A stretch of 64,000 nt of DNA from Octopus vulgaris (GCA_951406725.2 OX597833.1:39060001-39124000), one strand, 5' to 3'; numbered from the stretch's first letter, positions 27,559 to 39,836 are shown. Translations and numbers: made by a program. Notes: generated by a model from the sequence alone, not told the origin.

Positions 27559-27985
27559 TCTTTTATTCTTTTATTCCTTTACTTGTTTCAGTCATATGAC
27601 CGTTGTCATGCAGGAGCACTGCTTTGAAGGGTTTTAGTCTAAGAAATTGATCCCAGGACTTATTCTTTTAAGACTAGTACATATTCTGTCAGTCTCTTTT
27701 GCTTAGCCACTAAGTTATGATGACTTCAACACACCAATGCTGGTTGTCAGGTGGTGATGGGGGGGGGGACAAACACAGGCACAAAGGCACACACACACAG
27801 AGATATGTACATATGTATATATAATGAGCTTCTTTCCATTTCTGCCTACCAAATCCACTCAAAAGGCTTTGGTCAGCCCGAGGCTATAGTAAAAGACATT
27901 TGTCCAGTGTATCATACAGTGGGACTGAACCCGGAACCATGTGCTTGGGGAGCAAGCTTCTTACTACACAGCCATGCCTGTACCT
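27555..27985 (-). mobile_element. SINE family B full-length copy
   Basis: Colinear with 9878-10294. Confidence 0.82.
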
Positions 27986-27987
27986 AA

Positions 27988-28040
<53 letters not shown>

Positions 28041-29575
28041 GTGTGTGTGTATGTGTGCGTGTGTGTGTATGTGTCTTTGCATTTGTGTTTGTACCCCACC
28101 ACTGCTTGACAGCTGGTGTTGGCTTGTTTACATCCTTATAACTTAGCAGTTTGGCTAAAGAAACTGATAGAATAAGTACCTGGCTTAAAAAAACAAAACA
28201 TAATTAAGTACTAGGGTTAATTCATTCCACTAAAACTTCTTCTTATTTGACTGAAACAAATAAAAAAATTAAATATAAAAGATATTTTTTTCTGTCATCT
28301 AGTGTAAAGGTTTTTCTAAGTTGTTCAGGAATGTAAATGGTATATGTATGATAAAAGTTTTGGGGCCACAGATATACACTGATATCCAGATAAGAGTGGA
28401 TTCAATTTTTAAAACCAAATGGTGAAAGCTATGGATATGTTTTGGTTTCATTAGAGTTCCTCAACATTGCACTGTCTAGTCAGCTGGCAAAGCTACCAGT
28501 GATCAATATATATAGAGAAACAGAAATAATTCCTGATCATGGCTATCTACAATGTGCTTAAAGGAAAATACCTGAGGGCAGTGTTCTGTATATTAAATGT
28601 ACATAAAGAAGGGTTTTACATATGTAATATAATGAGTTGAATATACATACATCTATATATATATATACACATACAACTATATATATGGCATACATTTATG
28701 TGTCTCTGTGTGTGTTTATGAGTGTGTATATGTGTGTGTTTATGTTTCTGTATATGTCTGTGTATGCATGCATTACATAGATAGATAGACTAACCATTAG
28801 TAAAGTATGTAAAGTGTTTAATGGCCTTGCACAACATTGGGTCTTATTGAGTATAATCATCTTATGATGGTTGTGAGAAGATGACACTGATGGTTGTAGT
28901 GGATAGAATATTAAAAGAGGGGCTGGGGCATGGATAAGAGTGGGAAGAAGGTCGATTGTTTGGAAAAAAAAAAGCTGCCATTCTAGGTATGAGTGGGTGT
29001 ATATCTATGTGTACAGGGACAGAAGGGCAACAGCAGAATATTTTCATTATGTTTGACATGAAATCTAATAACATTTGGACGGAAACAGATATCTGTAGAG
29101 ATTATGCATATATAAAATTAGCATATGCACACACATATGTATGCTTACTTGTACATTCATATATATAATACTAATGGAAAACTCCTTCCATGTGACGAGT
29201 GGTACGTGCTAGTCACTACAAATACTGTGATGTAGGAAGTCAAGTAGTCGAAAATTGGTGAAGTCGGTCATAGATAGTCATGTCTTTACTTGTCTAACTA
29301 TCTATACTGCTATACTGGGGTGGACGTTATAACAGTTTGATGATGGATTACAACAATGATGACAAGGAATTAAGAAACTTATGAGGAATTAACATACTCA
29401 CAACGAGTTACGAAACTCACAAAAAACTTTGGTGCAAATTTTACTTTAACAAATCTTTATCTTGTAACTCAAGTTAATCATATGGAGGTCATTTCATTGG
29501 ACAGAACTGCTGCCAACAACACTGGAATGTCTTTGATTATAGATATGCTCAATCTGAGCAAACTTTGGGCTAGAT

Positions 29576-29964
29576 CAGTGGTTCTCAACCAGAGTCCATA
29601 TGGTCCTTGGGGTCTATATAAGATTTTGATATCAAAATTTATGAGCAACAACTTGCTTATAATTCTACAATATACAAAATATATGGCTGGTCTATGGAGT
29701 TATCCAGGATTTCATGTCCATAAAGTGCTTAGCTTTACAGCATTTCTTCAGACCCTAAACTCATTGGCCTATGGCCTCTCTAGAAAATGGCGGAGGAAAA
29801 GGCCTCATTACTATGTCAACTACAAGGGATTATCTCCCTTTGACTGTTACCCATAATTAACATAATATATAAAAATTTCAAACTTTCAAATGGTTATGGG
29901 GATCCAGTAGAGTGAAATAGGAATCAAAGGAGTCTATAGGCAAAAAAATGGATGAGAACCACTG
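29576..29964. mobile_element. hAT (Charlie-like) MITE
   Basis: TIR CAGTGGTTCTCAACC / GGATGAGAACCACTG; 8-bp flanks GGCTAGAT and GTCTAAAT (6/8, NTCTAGAN-like). Confidence 0.78.
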
Positions 29965-30700
29965 GTCTAAATAGTGAGTACCTCTGCAAGGAAAGTGACT
30001 AATTGCTAAACATTGTCAATTGAAGAGAAGAAACCATTATCAGTGAAGAAAGAAATTTTCCATTTAGCACGGATTTCAGTAAATAATGGAGAAATATAAC
30101 ATGGCTGTTTGAAAAAGATTGTTTCTCTAACAATTATTCCTCTCTTCCAGCTATTCACAGGCATCAGTTTAGCTCTATATGATATTTTATTGTCTTGTAG
30201 GGACACAATATTTCATTATATGACCATAAAACACTATAAAGTATATTCAACATTGTTTTTTTTTTGTAAGCCAATACCATGTTCTAAGTGATGATATTTT
30301 ATAGCCATGGTCAAAACATCTCCCTATGGATCCTGCCAGGAACCAGCAAAATCTTACCAACAATTGTCACAACTTTGGCAAAGATTTATGGCCAGAGGTG
30401 GAGAAAGATCACCATTATCTATGATGTAAAGTTAAGCAGTATTCTGTTACCACCCTTATAAAAAAGAGGTGAACAAAGTTATTGTTGCTGATTTTGTTTA
30501 ACTTCAGGTCAGTTCTGATCAAGCAGACCTATAATCAAATCATTCCAGCCATGACCATTACGTCGTATTTTCAAGGATATATTATCACACTCAGTCTCCT
30601 TTGTTGGTCAAATGCTACAACTTTTAGTTTCACTGGGATTCAAACTGATTAGTTTGACTGCATCATCTGTTGGCTCAGTACTATAACATGAAGCTCGAGT

Positions 30701-30818
30701 GGAGGCGCACTGGCCCAGTGGTTAGGGCAGCAGACTCGCAGTTGTAAGAATGCAGTTTTGATTCTCAGACGGGGCATTGTGAATGTTTATTGAGCAAAAA
30801 CACCTAAGCTCCACGAGG
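30701..30818 (+). mobile_element. tRNA-derived SINE head (another family)
   Basis: GGAGGCGCACTGGCCCAGTGGTTAGGGCAGCAGACTCG A-box region; decayed B-box GTTTTGATTCTC. Confidence 0.6.
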
Positions 30819-30828
30819 AGTTTGTTAC

Positions 30829-30865
<37 letters not shown>

Positions 30866-31369
30866 GGGTTTCTTTCAGTTTCCATCTACCAAATCCACTC
30901 ACCAGGCTTTGGTCAGCCCAAGGCTGTAGTAGAAGACATTTACCCAAGGTGCAACACAGTGGGACTGAACCTGGAACAACATAATTGAACAAGCAAGCTC
31001 CTTACCACAAAGCCATGCCTAGAGTCAATTTACAATTGTGACGCCTACATCTAACCCTAGCAGACTCTTGCAAGCCATTTATTGTTAGAGGAACATACAA
31101 AAGATTATATTCAAATCTGAAAAATATCCAACTAATGTTATGTCTAATACTCTCTGTTAAGTACACTGGTAGCATTGAATTTTACTCTATCTGACAGATA
31201 TTTATTGATCTGATTTATCCAGAACCAATCTCATCACTTTTTTTCTTTTTTGACCTGCCTACTTCCTTTCTAGCAATGGTGTTTCACTTATTTACTTTAT
31301 TATCGCAGCTGGGTCGGGGTATATAAATAACCAAGAGAAACCTAGTGGATGGCGGTGGGGATGGAGAAT

Positions 31370-31370
<1 letters not shown>

Positions 31371-31439
<69 letters not shown>

Positions 31440-31447
31440 AGCTGCTG

Positions 31448-31502
<55 letters not shown>

Positions 31503-31513
31503 AGCTGCTGCTG

Positions 31514-31547
<34 letters not shown>

Positions 31548-31806
31548 AGCTGCTGCTGCTACTACTACTACTACTACTACTACTATTATTAAGGCAATTG
31601 CTGCTGCTGCTACTTCTACTACTACTACTACTACTACTACTACTGCTGCTGCTACCATCCCCACTGTTGTTGCCACCACCAGGACCACCACGACCATCAC
31701 AACCGCAACGACGATGACAACCACCATCTCCACCATCACCACCAGCCATACCTGCAATAACATCATCACCACCACCACCATTTCTATTTTCTTCACTACT
31801 ACCTCC
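31371..31806. repeat. (TAC)n tract with GCT interruptions, grading into (CAC)n
   Basis: Direct reading; explains poly-T/V/S/L ORFs. Confidence 0.95.
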
Positions 31807-32959
31807 ATCAAAGAATAAGATTTTAAAATTATGGAATGTCTTATTTTCTTTTTCTTTTATTTTGAATCAAGGAATATGATTCAGATATCAACTAAAAGAA
31901 TCAACAATGAGAAAGACTTCCTTGACCCTATTTAGTAAATACAGACACATCACCAGACCTAGTGGCGAGAGACTGTATTGTGATGGTGAGCTCTTGGCCA
32001 AGAGAAAGTCATTGAAACTCACTTCCAGCAGGTTTGAACTTAGTTCTTCCAAAAGTTCTTATATATAATTGCTTAGTCCACATTATTCCTTAAGGGGCTT
32101 AGGTCTGGTTTTCTGGTTTCTCTGGAATATATATTCCTCCTGGGATAGGACACTTGTCTGATGCAGGATTACTCATTTTTGCCATCTGAGTGGACTGGAG
32201 CAACATGAAATGAAGTGTTTTGCTCAAGAACACAATGTGTTGCCCGATCCAGGAATCAAAACCACCATCTTACATTTATGAGTTTAGCACCCTAACCACT
32301 AATTCATGCACCTCCAGTGCTTATCCATATAATTAATTATTTGTAATTAACAAATTTTTTTCATTTTTCTTACCTTGAATACAAAATCATCTTATTCTCA
32401 TTGCAGATCTTTCTGCTTTCACTTCAGTACATTTCACTTACTCTCAGAATACTCAGTTGGTAATATTCGAATTAACAAAGTAACTGGATTAATGCTCCAC
32501 AATCATACCAAATCTGAATGTTCCAGGTGACAATTTGAGTTCTAAGAACTGAACTCTTCATCAGAGGCCTGGCAACCTTTAAACTTTGCTCTAGACCCAT
32601 CATAATTTGAGGTAGAAATAAAATTATTCTGTCTGCATCAGCCTGAGATGGTGCTCAGCACTGAGAATTGTCAAAGTATGCAGAGGTGAAAATGTAGGCT
32701 CAGACCATCATGTTCTTCAGGCAGGCTACAATTGAATCTGAAAAAAAAAAAAGGTAACAATGAAAGAAATAGAGAGACCGTTTGCAGCAGGAAGACTGAA
32801 GGAAGTACCAATGCTGAAGAGTTTTCCCCTAGAAGTCACCAACAGAGTTTTTTCTTTTAATATGTCATTGGCATGGCTGTGCAGGCACAGGCATGGCTGT
32901 CTAGGTGCAGGTATAGCTGTGCAGGTGCATGTGTGGTTGTGCAGTAAGAAGCTTGCTTC

Positions 32960-33374
32960 AAGGTGGCGAGCTGGCAGAATCGTTAGCACGCTGGGCGAAA
33001 TACTTTGTTGTATTTCGTCCGCTGCTGCATTCTGAGTTCAAATTCTGCCAATGTCGACTTTGCCTTTCATCCTTTCAGGGTCAATAAATTAAGTACCAGT
33101 TTCGCACTGGGGTTGATGTAATCGACTTAATCCGTTTGTCTGTCCTTGTTTGTCCCCTCTATGTTTAGCCCCTTGTGGGTAGTAAAGAAATAGGTATTTC
33201 ATCTGCCGTTACGTTTTGAGTTCAAATTCTGCCACGGTTGACTTTGCCTTTCATCTTTTTGGGGTCAATAAATTAAGTATCAGTCACGCACTGGAGTTGA
33301 TGTAATCGACTTAATCCCTTTGTCTGTCCTTGTTTGTCCCCTCTATGTTTAGCTCCTTGTGGGCAATAAAGAAA
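32960..33374 (+). mobile_element. SINE family A dimer inserted into a family B SINE
   Basis: 15-bp TSD TAAGAAGCTTGCTTC at 32945-32959 and 33375-33389; host SINE spans about 32925-33515. Confidence 0.92.
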
Positions 33375-33586
33375 TAAGAAGCTTGCTTCCAAACCACATG
33401 GTTCTTGGTTCAGTGTCCCACTGCATGGTACCTTGGGCAAGTGTTTTCTAATATAGCCTCAGGCCAACCAAAGCCTTGTGAACGGATTTGGTTGACAGAA
33501 ACGGAATGAAGCAATTTTAGTCAATGACCAATATTGTTTTTCCACCACTGAGTAATACTGGACATCTGTTAATATTTAGTTACATT

Positions 33587-34275
33587 AAGGTGAAATGGTA
33601 AGCCTGCTGGACAAAATGATCAGTGGCATTTCATCCCTCTTTATGTTCTGAGTTCAGATTCTGCCATGGTCAACTTTATTTCTCAGCCTTTTGGTACCAG
33701 GTGAATACTGGGGGATCAATGTAATTGACTTACCCCCTCCCCTGAAGATGCTGGCCTTCGACCAAATTTTGAAACAAGTATTTAGTTACATTAAGATGGA
33801 AAGCAGGTAGGATTGTTTGCATGTCAGGCAAAATGCTTAGTGGTGTTACACCTGTCTTTACATTCTGAGTTCAAATTCGACCAAGGTTGACTTTGCCTTC
33901 TGAGTTTAAATTCCACCGAGGTTGACTTTGCCTTCTGAGTTTAAATTCCACCAAGGTTGACTTTGCCTTCTGAGTTTAAATTCCAACAAGGTTGACTTTA
34001 CCTTCTGAGTTTAAATTCCACCGAGGTTGACTTTGCCTTCTGAGTTTAAATTCCAACAAGGTTGACTTTACCTTCTGAGTTTAAATTCCACCGAGGTTGA
34101 CTTTGCCTTCTGAGTTTAAATTCCACCAAGGTTGACTTTGCCTTCTGAGTTTAAATTCCACCAAGGTTGACTTTGCCTTTCATCTTTTTGAAGTGAGAAA
34201 AAATAAGTACCAGTTAAGCACTGGGCTTAATGTGCTTGCTGAATTTGCTGGCCTTGCACCAAAATATGAAACCAG
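33587..34275 (+). mobile_element. Two successive SINE family A copies
   Basis: Separated and flanked by TATTTAGTTACATT at 33573, 33779 and 34276. Confidence 0.85.
33863..34177 (+). repeat. 35-bp minisatellite x9 derived from the SINE B-box region
   Basis: Unit TTCTGAGTTTAAATTCCACCRAGGTTGACTTTGCC, exact period 35. Confidence 0.95.
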
Positions 34276-34686
34276 TATTTAGTTACATTCCAAGTTGAAA
34301 TCCTATGTAATGTAAATTGACCTTGCATTTCCATTCCCTAGGGTTGATAGAATAATTACCAGTGATTACTGAGATTCCTCCTCCTCCTCCCCCCTCCTCC
34401 TCCTCCTCCTCCTCCTCTCCTCCTCCTCTCCTCCTCCTCTCCTCCTCCTCGAGTAGTACTTGCAACCGGAAGAGCTAGCCTTGTCACATTCTATGTCACA
34501 CTGAATCTCCTTAAGAATTACATTAAATGTATGCATGTCTGTGGAGCACTCAGCCACTTGCACATTAATCTTATGAGCAGGCTGTTCGATTGATGGGATC
34601 AGATGGAACCCTTATCGTCATAGCTGATGGAGTGCTAGTAGTAGTAGTAGTAGTAACACAGTAAACAGACGAATTCAAAGAATATA

Positions 34687-34739
<53 letters not shown>

Positions 34740-34792
34740 GTAACCCCATAAACTGACCTTCACCAGACAAAAAACTATATATACATATATAC

Positions 34793-34918
<126 letters not shown>

Positions 34919-34956
34919 TAAATCTCTGAACGAGATATAAACAGTAACTGGTCGAC

Positions 34957-35066
34957 AACGTAAGGGGGATCAGCCATCTGAATGTGGCTAGGGACAGGGC
35001 GGGGTGGTGGGGGTGTTACTGATGCTTTTAGCCTAGCCACATTCAGATGGCTGATCCCCCTTACGT

Positions 35067-35067
<1 letters not shown>
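34957..35067. repeat. Perfect 36-bp inverted repeat with a 39-nt G-rich loop
   Basis: AACGTAAGGGGGATCAGCCATCTGAATGTGGCTAGG at 34957-34992 and its exact reverse complement at 35032-35067. Confidence 0.93.
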
Positions 35068-35098
<31 letters not shown>

Positions 35099-35413
35099 TT
35101 AAAAGCAATGTAAAAATACATTACAAAGGATATATCATGAATAATTAAAAATTATGTATGAATATATCAATGGCCAAACATGTAATAATAAATTACATAA
35201 AAGAAGTGTGTATATAATTATGAATAAATTGTGGATATTATATGTCATGTCGCTTGCAGACAGCTTTATTGTGATGAGATAAAATATAAGTGATAATAGT
35301 TGTTTTATAGTGGTTTTTGACTGCTATTTCAAAACATGTAAGAGTTTTTGAAACCCTCTCCATTATAATTGTGATTTATTCATAATATAAAACACTCTTC
35401 TTATATATACATA

Positions 35414-35465
<52 letters not shown>

Positions 35466-35603
35466 CGGAGTTGTACTTGCATAGCAAGTGATCTGATCTG
35501 AGATCGTGTGCTTGAATGAAAACAATTGCAGCGTGGAAGGTGTTTATAAGCCATTTAAGAAACACACAAAAACCGTTAGATTCACTTCAACATTTAAATT
35601 TAA

Positions 35604-35654
35604 TTTGTCAAAATATTTTCGTCGCTTGGAGACCATGAGCTGTTCGCTGACAAA
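35604..35654 (-). ncRNA. Hammerhead-like motif with variant core (G3/C8), decayed
   Basis: TTTGTCA-GCGAACA-weak stem II-GAAA-ATAT-TT-TGACAAA; 7-bp stem I, palindromic AATATT stem III. Confidence 0.45.
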
Positions 35655-35676
35655 ACTTTGTGCTGCAAAATTCTGT

Positions 35677-35723
<47 letters not shown>

Positions 35724-35725
<2 letters not shown>

Positions 35726-36240
35726 ACATGGAAAAATGCGAGCATGAAAATTCATATTCTTAAGATAATAAACCTGGAAAAGTACAGGACAACTTATTAC
35801 ACCTGTAAAAGTACAGGACAAGCTATTACTTCTAGTAAAGTAAAGAATAAGGAACTTTTTACCTAAAATATTGCAGCAATGAATGCCAGTTCTTCTAATT
35901 TATCACTCTTAACTGTTCTCATCTTTTAAATTTATTGTACAAAACTGTTCAGCTAATTTGTAAGTTTGTCTAATTAATCACTTTTTTCTGTATTTAAAGT
36001 AGTAAATTAGACAAACTCTACTTAAATAAGTATACGTTATTTGTAAACTATAATAAAATAAGTTTTAGTATTCAAATTTTAAGTTTAGCTGCAATATTTT
36101 AAGTAAAATGTTTCTTTTTCTTTACTTTACTATAAGTAATAGCTTGTTCTATACTTTTACAGGTGAAATAGATTGTCCTGTACTTTTCCAGGTTTATTAT
36201 CTTAAGAATATGACTTTTCATGCTCACATTTTTCCATGTA
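35724..36240. mobile_element. Foldback/MITE-like element with arms of about 155 bp
   Basis: 35724-35877 is the reverse complement of 36088-36240 with scattered mismatches. Confidence 0.8.
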
Positions 36241-36935
36241 ATCCATGATTTTTCCAGGCATTGATAATTAATAATGTGTCAATTGATAATTTAAGATTTT
36301 ACCTTATAAAATACTGAAAGATAATTTCATGTAAGTGATGATAATATTTCAATTTTTTTCATTTGAATATATGTTGTGATTGAATTATTTGATATTACCC
36401 ATCCACATCAAATAAATGGCAGGGATTTTTATCATGTTGATGGTTGCACCATGGCTCACCAAAAGTTACAAAGAGCAAGACCCCAACACCATCAGTTACC
36501 AGGCTCACCTTAAGTACCCTAATTTTGCAATATTAAGAAGTTATAAGAATTCATTCAACGAAAAAGAATTTCCATTCCGAACCAAAATAAAAGATTTGTA
36601 GCACATCAAGAGGTCAGGGTACTTGATTCCATGCAAAAAATCAAATTTTTTTTTTGTCTTAGTGAAAATCGTGTGGGTGTTAACATAGAAATCGACCATA
36701 ATGTTGTTGTTATTCAGCCTGATACTGCAAATGTATCATCAAAGACATTCCAGTCTTCAGCAAACCATCTTTTTAGGGATAATCTAGGACATTACATACA
36801 ATGGGTATGTGATTTAGGTAGGCGGATACTTTGGCTGCTATTTTTAGCATGTTGAGCGACCAGGTAGAGGCTCTTCCATTGGTTCGATTGCATGACGAGA
36901 TTTTTTTACAAATATATGTAATATGTATATATATC

Positions 36936-37170
36936 TATTTCTTTATTGCCCACAGGAGTCTAAACATAGAGGGGACAAACAAGGACAGACAAAGGGATTA
37001 AGTCAATTATATCAATCCCAGTGTGTAACTGGTACTTATTTAATCAACCCTGAAAGGATGAAAGGCAAAGTCGACCTTGGCGGCATTTGAACTCAGAGCG
37101 TTAATTGCAGACAAAATGCCACTAAGCATTTTTCTGGGCATGCTAACGTTTCTGCCAGCTCACTGCCTTT
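36936..37170 (-). mobile_element. SINE family A copy
   Basis: Matches 7586-7770 and the family head. Confidence 0.85.
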
Positions 37171-37276
37171 GTATATATATCATCGTCAAAAGTTAGAGAG
37201 TAAGTCAAAAACTGAGTATTGGCACTTATCAAACATGAATTTGTCCATTGTCATTCTGTAACTTCTGATGAGATCA

Positions 37277-37574
37277 CTTCTAAAATACAAAATTTTGTCA
37301 AAAACGTTAAGAGATAACTCTGTTCTATGTGATACATTCTACCAGTATCGGAAGATTGAAAGTGTTTAGTTAAAAAAAAATTAATTAAATAATCTGTATG
37401 TCTAATTGAATAGATCTGAAATGGATGAAAGGCAAAGACAGATGAAATACTGCTTCTAAAATACAAAATTTTGTCAAAAATGTTAAGAATAAACCCTGTT
37501 CTATGTAACATATTCTACTAGTATTGGAAGTCTGAAAGTGTTCAGTTAAAAAAAGATAAATTAAATAATCTGTA
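37277..37574. repeat. Imperfect direct duplication of about 120 bp
   Basis: CTTCTAAAATACAAAATTTTGTCAAAAA...TTAAATAATCTGTA at 37277-37398 and 37453-37574. Confidence 0.8.
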
Positions 37575-38204
37575 CATCAAAGCTGACCTTGGCAAAATTT
37601 GAACTCAAGAAGCATAAAGACAGACAAAATACCTTTAAGCATTTCAACGTGGAACACTAATGCTTCTGCCTGCTCACCACCTTTGAGAGTAATCATTCAT
37701 TTTAGAAATATATTCTTTGTTCTTATTGCTGAAGTGCTACTCCCTTGCTTCCTTACTTACTGACATGAAATTTCATAACATTTTACCTCATAACTCTTTT
37801 TCTACTAAATTTTGTTCAATGTGACTTGTGATTCTGAATTCCTCATGCATTTTTCTATCATTTAAGTCTAAGAAAAAGGTATACCTTTAATTTAAAATTT
37901 AAAAAATTATGTTAATTGAAGATGAATATCTGACTTACTGCCCGCCCCCCTGAGATATTTCACTGTAACTTTTTTTCTACTGAACCAAATCTCAAACTAT
38001 TTATGCCAAAGTGTCTTCTTTAAAACTATTAACAATTTGCAATTTAGTTGTGAACTGAATTAGTGGTGAAACTTGGAAGCTGCTGTGATTGACGAAATGG
38101 TGAACTTAAGAATATATTTAACCACTACTGTGGTTGAATGATATATATGTATGAGTGGACAAACAAAAGAAAGGGTATTCAACACATTTATTGGGAGTTA
38201 CATG

Positions 38205-38374
38205 TATTATTCAAAACAGATTCAGATTCCATGCTACTTCATGTTTCAAGGGCCCTAACAGAGTCTTTCTCATCAAGTTGGTAATAATCCAGATTATTAC
38301 CAGCCTGACAAGAAGGTTAGGGCCTTCAAAACTTGAAGTAGCGTGGAATCTGAATCAAACTGCTTTGAATAATA
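38205..38374. repeat. Imperfect 170-bp palindrome
   Basis: Centre TGGTAATAATC-CA-GATTATTACCA; arms GATTCAGATTCCATGCTACTTCA / TGAAGTAGCGTGGAATCTGAATC. Confidence 0.85.
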
Positions 38375-38394
38375 TATATATATAGTGTGTATAT

Positions 38395-39836
38395 AAACTA
38401 CAGGGGTATTAAACTGTTGGATCAGGTGATGAAGGTCACAGAGAGGGTCATAACCCATCTCATTAGGGAGAGAATTTGCTTAGATGAGATGCAGTTCGGT
38501 TTTGTGCCGGGTAGAAGCACCACTGATGCTATATTCCTGGTCCGACAACTGCAGGAGAAGTACCTAGCTAAAGATAAACCCCTCTACATAGCTTTTGTGG
38601 ACTTGGAGAAAGCCTTTGACAGGGTTCCCCGATCCCTTATCTGGTGGTCGATGTGGAAACTGGAAATTGATGAATGGCTAATAAGGGCTGTACAGGCTCT
38701 ATACAGTGAGGCTGTCAGCAAGGTTAGGATTGGCAACGAATATAGTGAAGAATTCCGGGTAGAAGTAGGTGTACACCAAGGCTCAGCCCTCAGTCCCCCT
38801 TTTATTCATCATAGTCCTCCAGGCAATAACAGAGGAATTCAAAACAGGATGCCCCTGGGAGCTCCTCTATGCTGACGACCTGGCTCTCATAGAATCACTA
38901 CCGGAACTAGAAAAGAAATTTCAGGTGTGGAAGCAAGGGTTAGAATCAAAGGGCCTTAGAGTAAATGTAGCAAAGACCAAAGTTATGGTAAGCAGAAAGG
39001 CGAACTCAGCACACACACCCTCGGGTAGGTGGCCCTGCTTGATCTGTAGGAAAGGTGTAGGTAGAAACTCCATAAGATGCACCCAATGTAAGCTATGGAT
39101 GCATAAGAGGTGCAGCAACATCAAAGGGAAATTAACTGATAAGATAGCTTTCCTGTGCGGCAGATGCACAGGGACAATAGACACCACAGACACTCAGAAA
39201 ACAGATTCCATCACACTCCAGGGGGAGAAACTAGAAGTAGTTGATAGTTTCCGCTACCTGGGTGACCAAGTTAGTAGTGGAGGTGGATGCTCAGAGAGTA
39301 TCACTACTAGAATACGAATAGCCTGGGCAAAGTTCAGACAGCTCCTACCCCTATTAGCGACAAAGAGCCTCTCACTCAGAGTGAAAGGTAGATTGTATGA
39401 TGCATGTGTGTGAACTGCCATGCTTCACGGTAGTGAAACATGGGCTGTGACTGCAGAGGACATGCGTAGACTTGAAAGAAATGAAGCTAGCATGATCTGC
39501 TGGATGTGTAATGTCAGTGTGCACGCACGACAGAGTGTAAGCACCCTGAGAGAAATGCTGGACATAAGAAGCATCAGATGTGGTGTGCAAGAGTGACGCT
39601 TGCGATGGTATGGTCATGTGCTGCGGATGGATGAGGAGAGATGTGTGAAGAAGTGCCACTCCCAAACAGTTGAAGGTATCAGGGGGAGAGGTAGACCCAG
39701 GAAGACATGGGATGAGGTAGTCAAGCATGACCTCAGAGCGTTGGGCCTCACTGAGGCAATGGCGAAGGACCGAGATCTCTGGAGATATGCTGTGACTGCA
39801 AAGACCCGTGCTGCTTCCTGCACCAGTCCTGCATAG
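38395..39836 (+). pseudogene. RTE reverse transcriptase ORF remnant with internal PHD finger
   Basis: Three ORF-track pieces joined by a frameshift near 38790-38800 and in-frame TGA stops near 39411 and 39594. Confidence 0.92.

Noticed and set aside
31284-31818. Mucin-like Thr-rich and poly-Val/Ser ORFs
   Set aside because: (TAC)n microsatellite open in four frames; no splice or domain support
32960-33050. tRNA gene
   Set aside because: A/B boxes belong to a SINE head that continues into the SINE core and is bounded by a TSD; no clean cloverleaf
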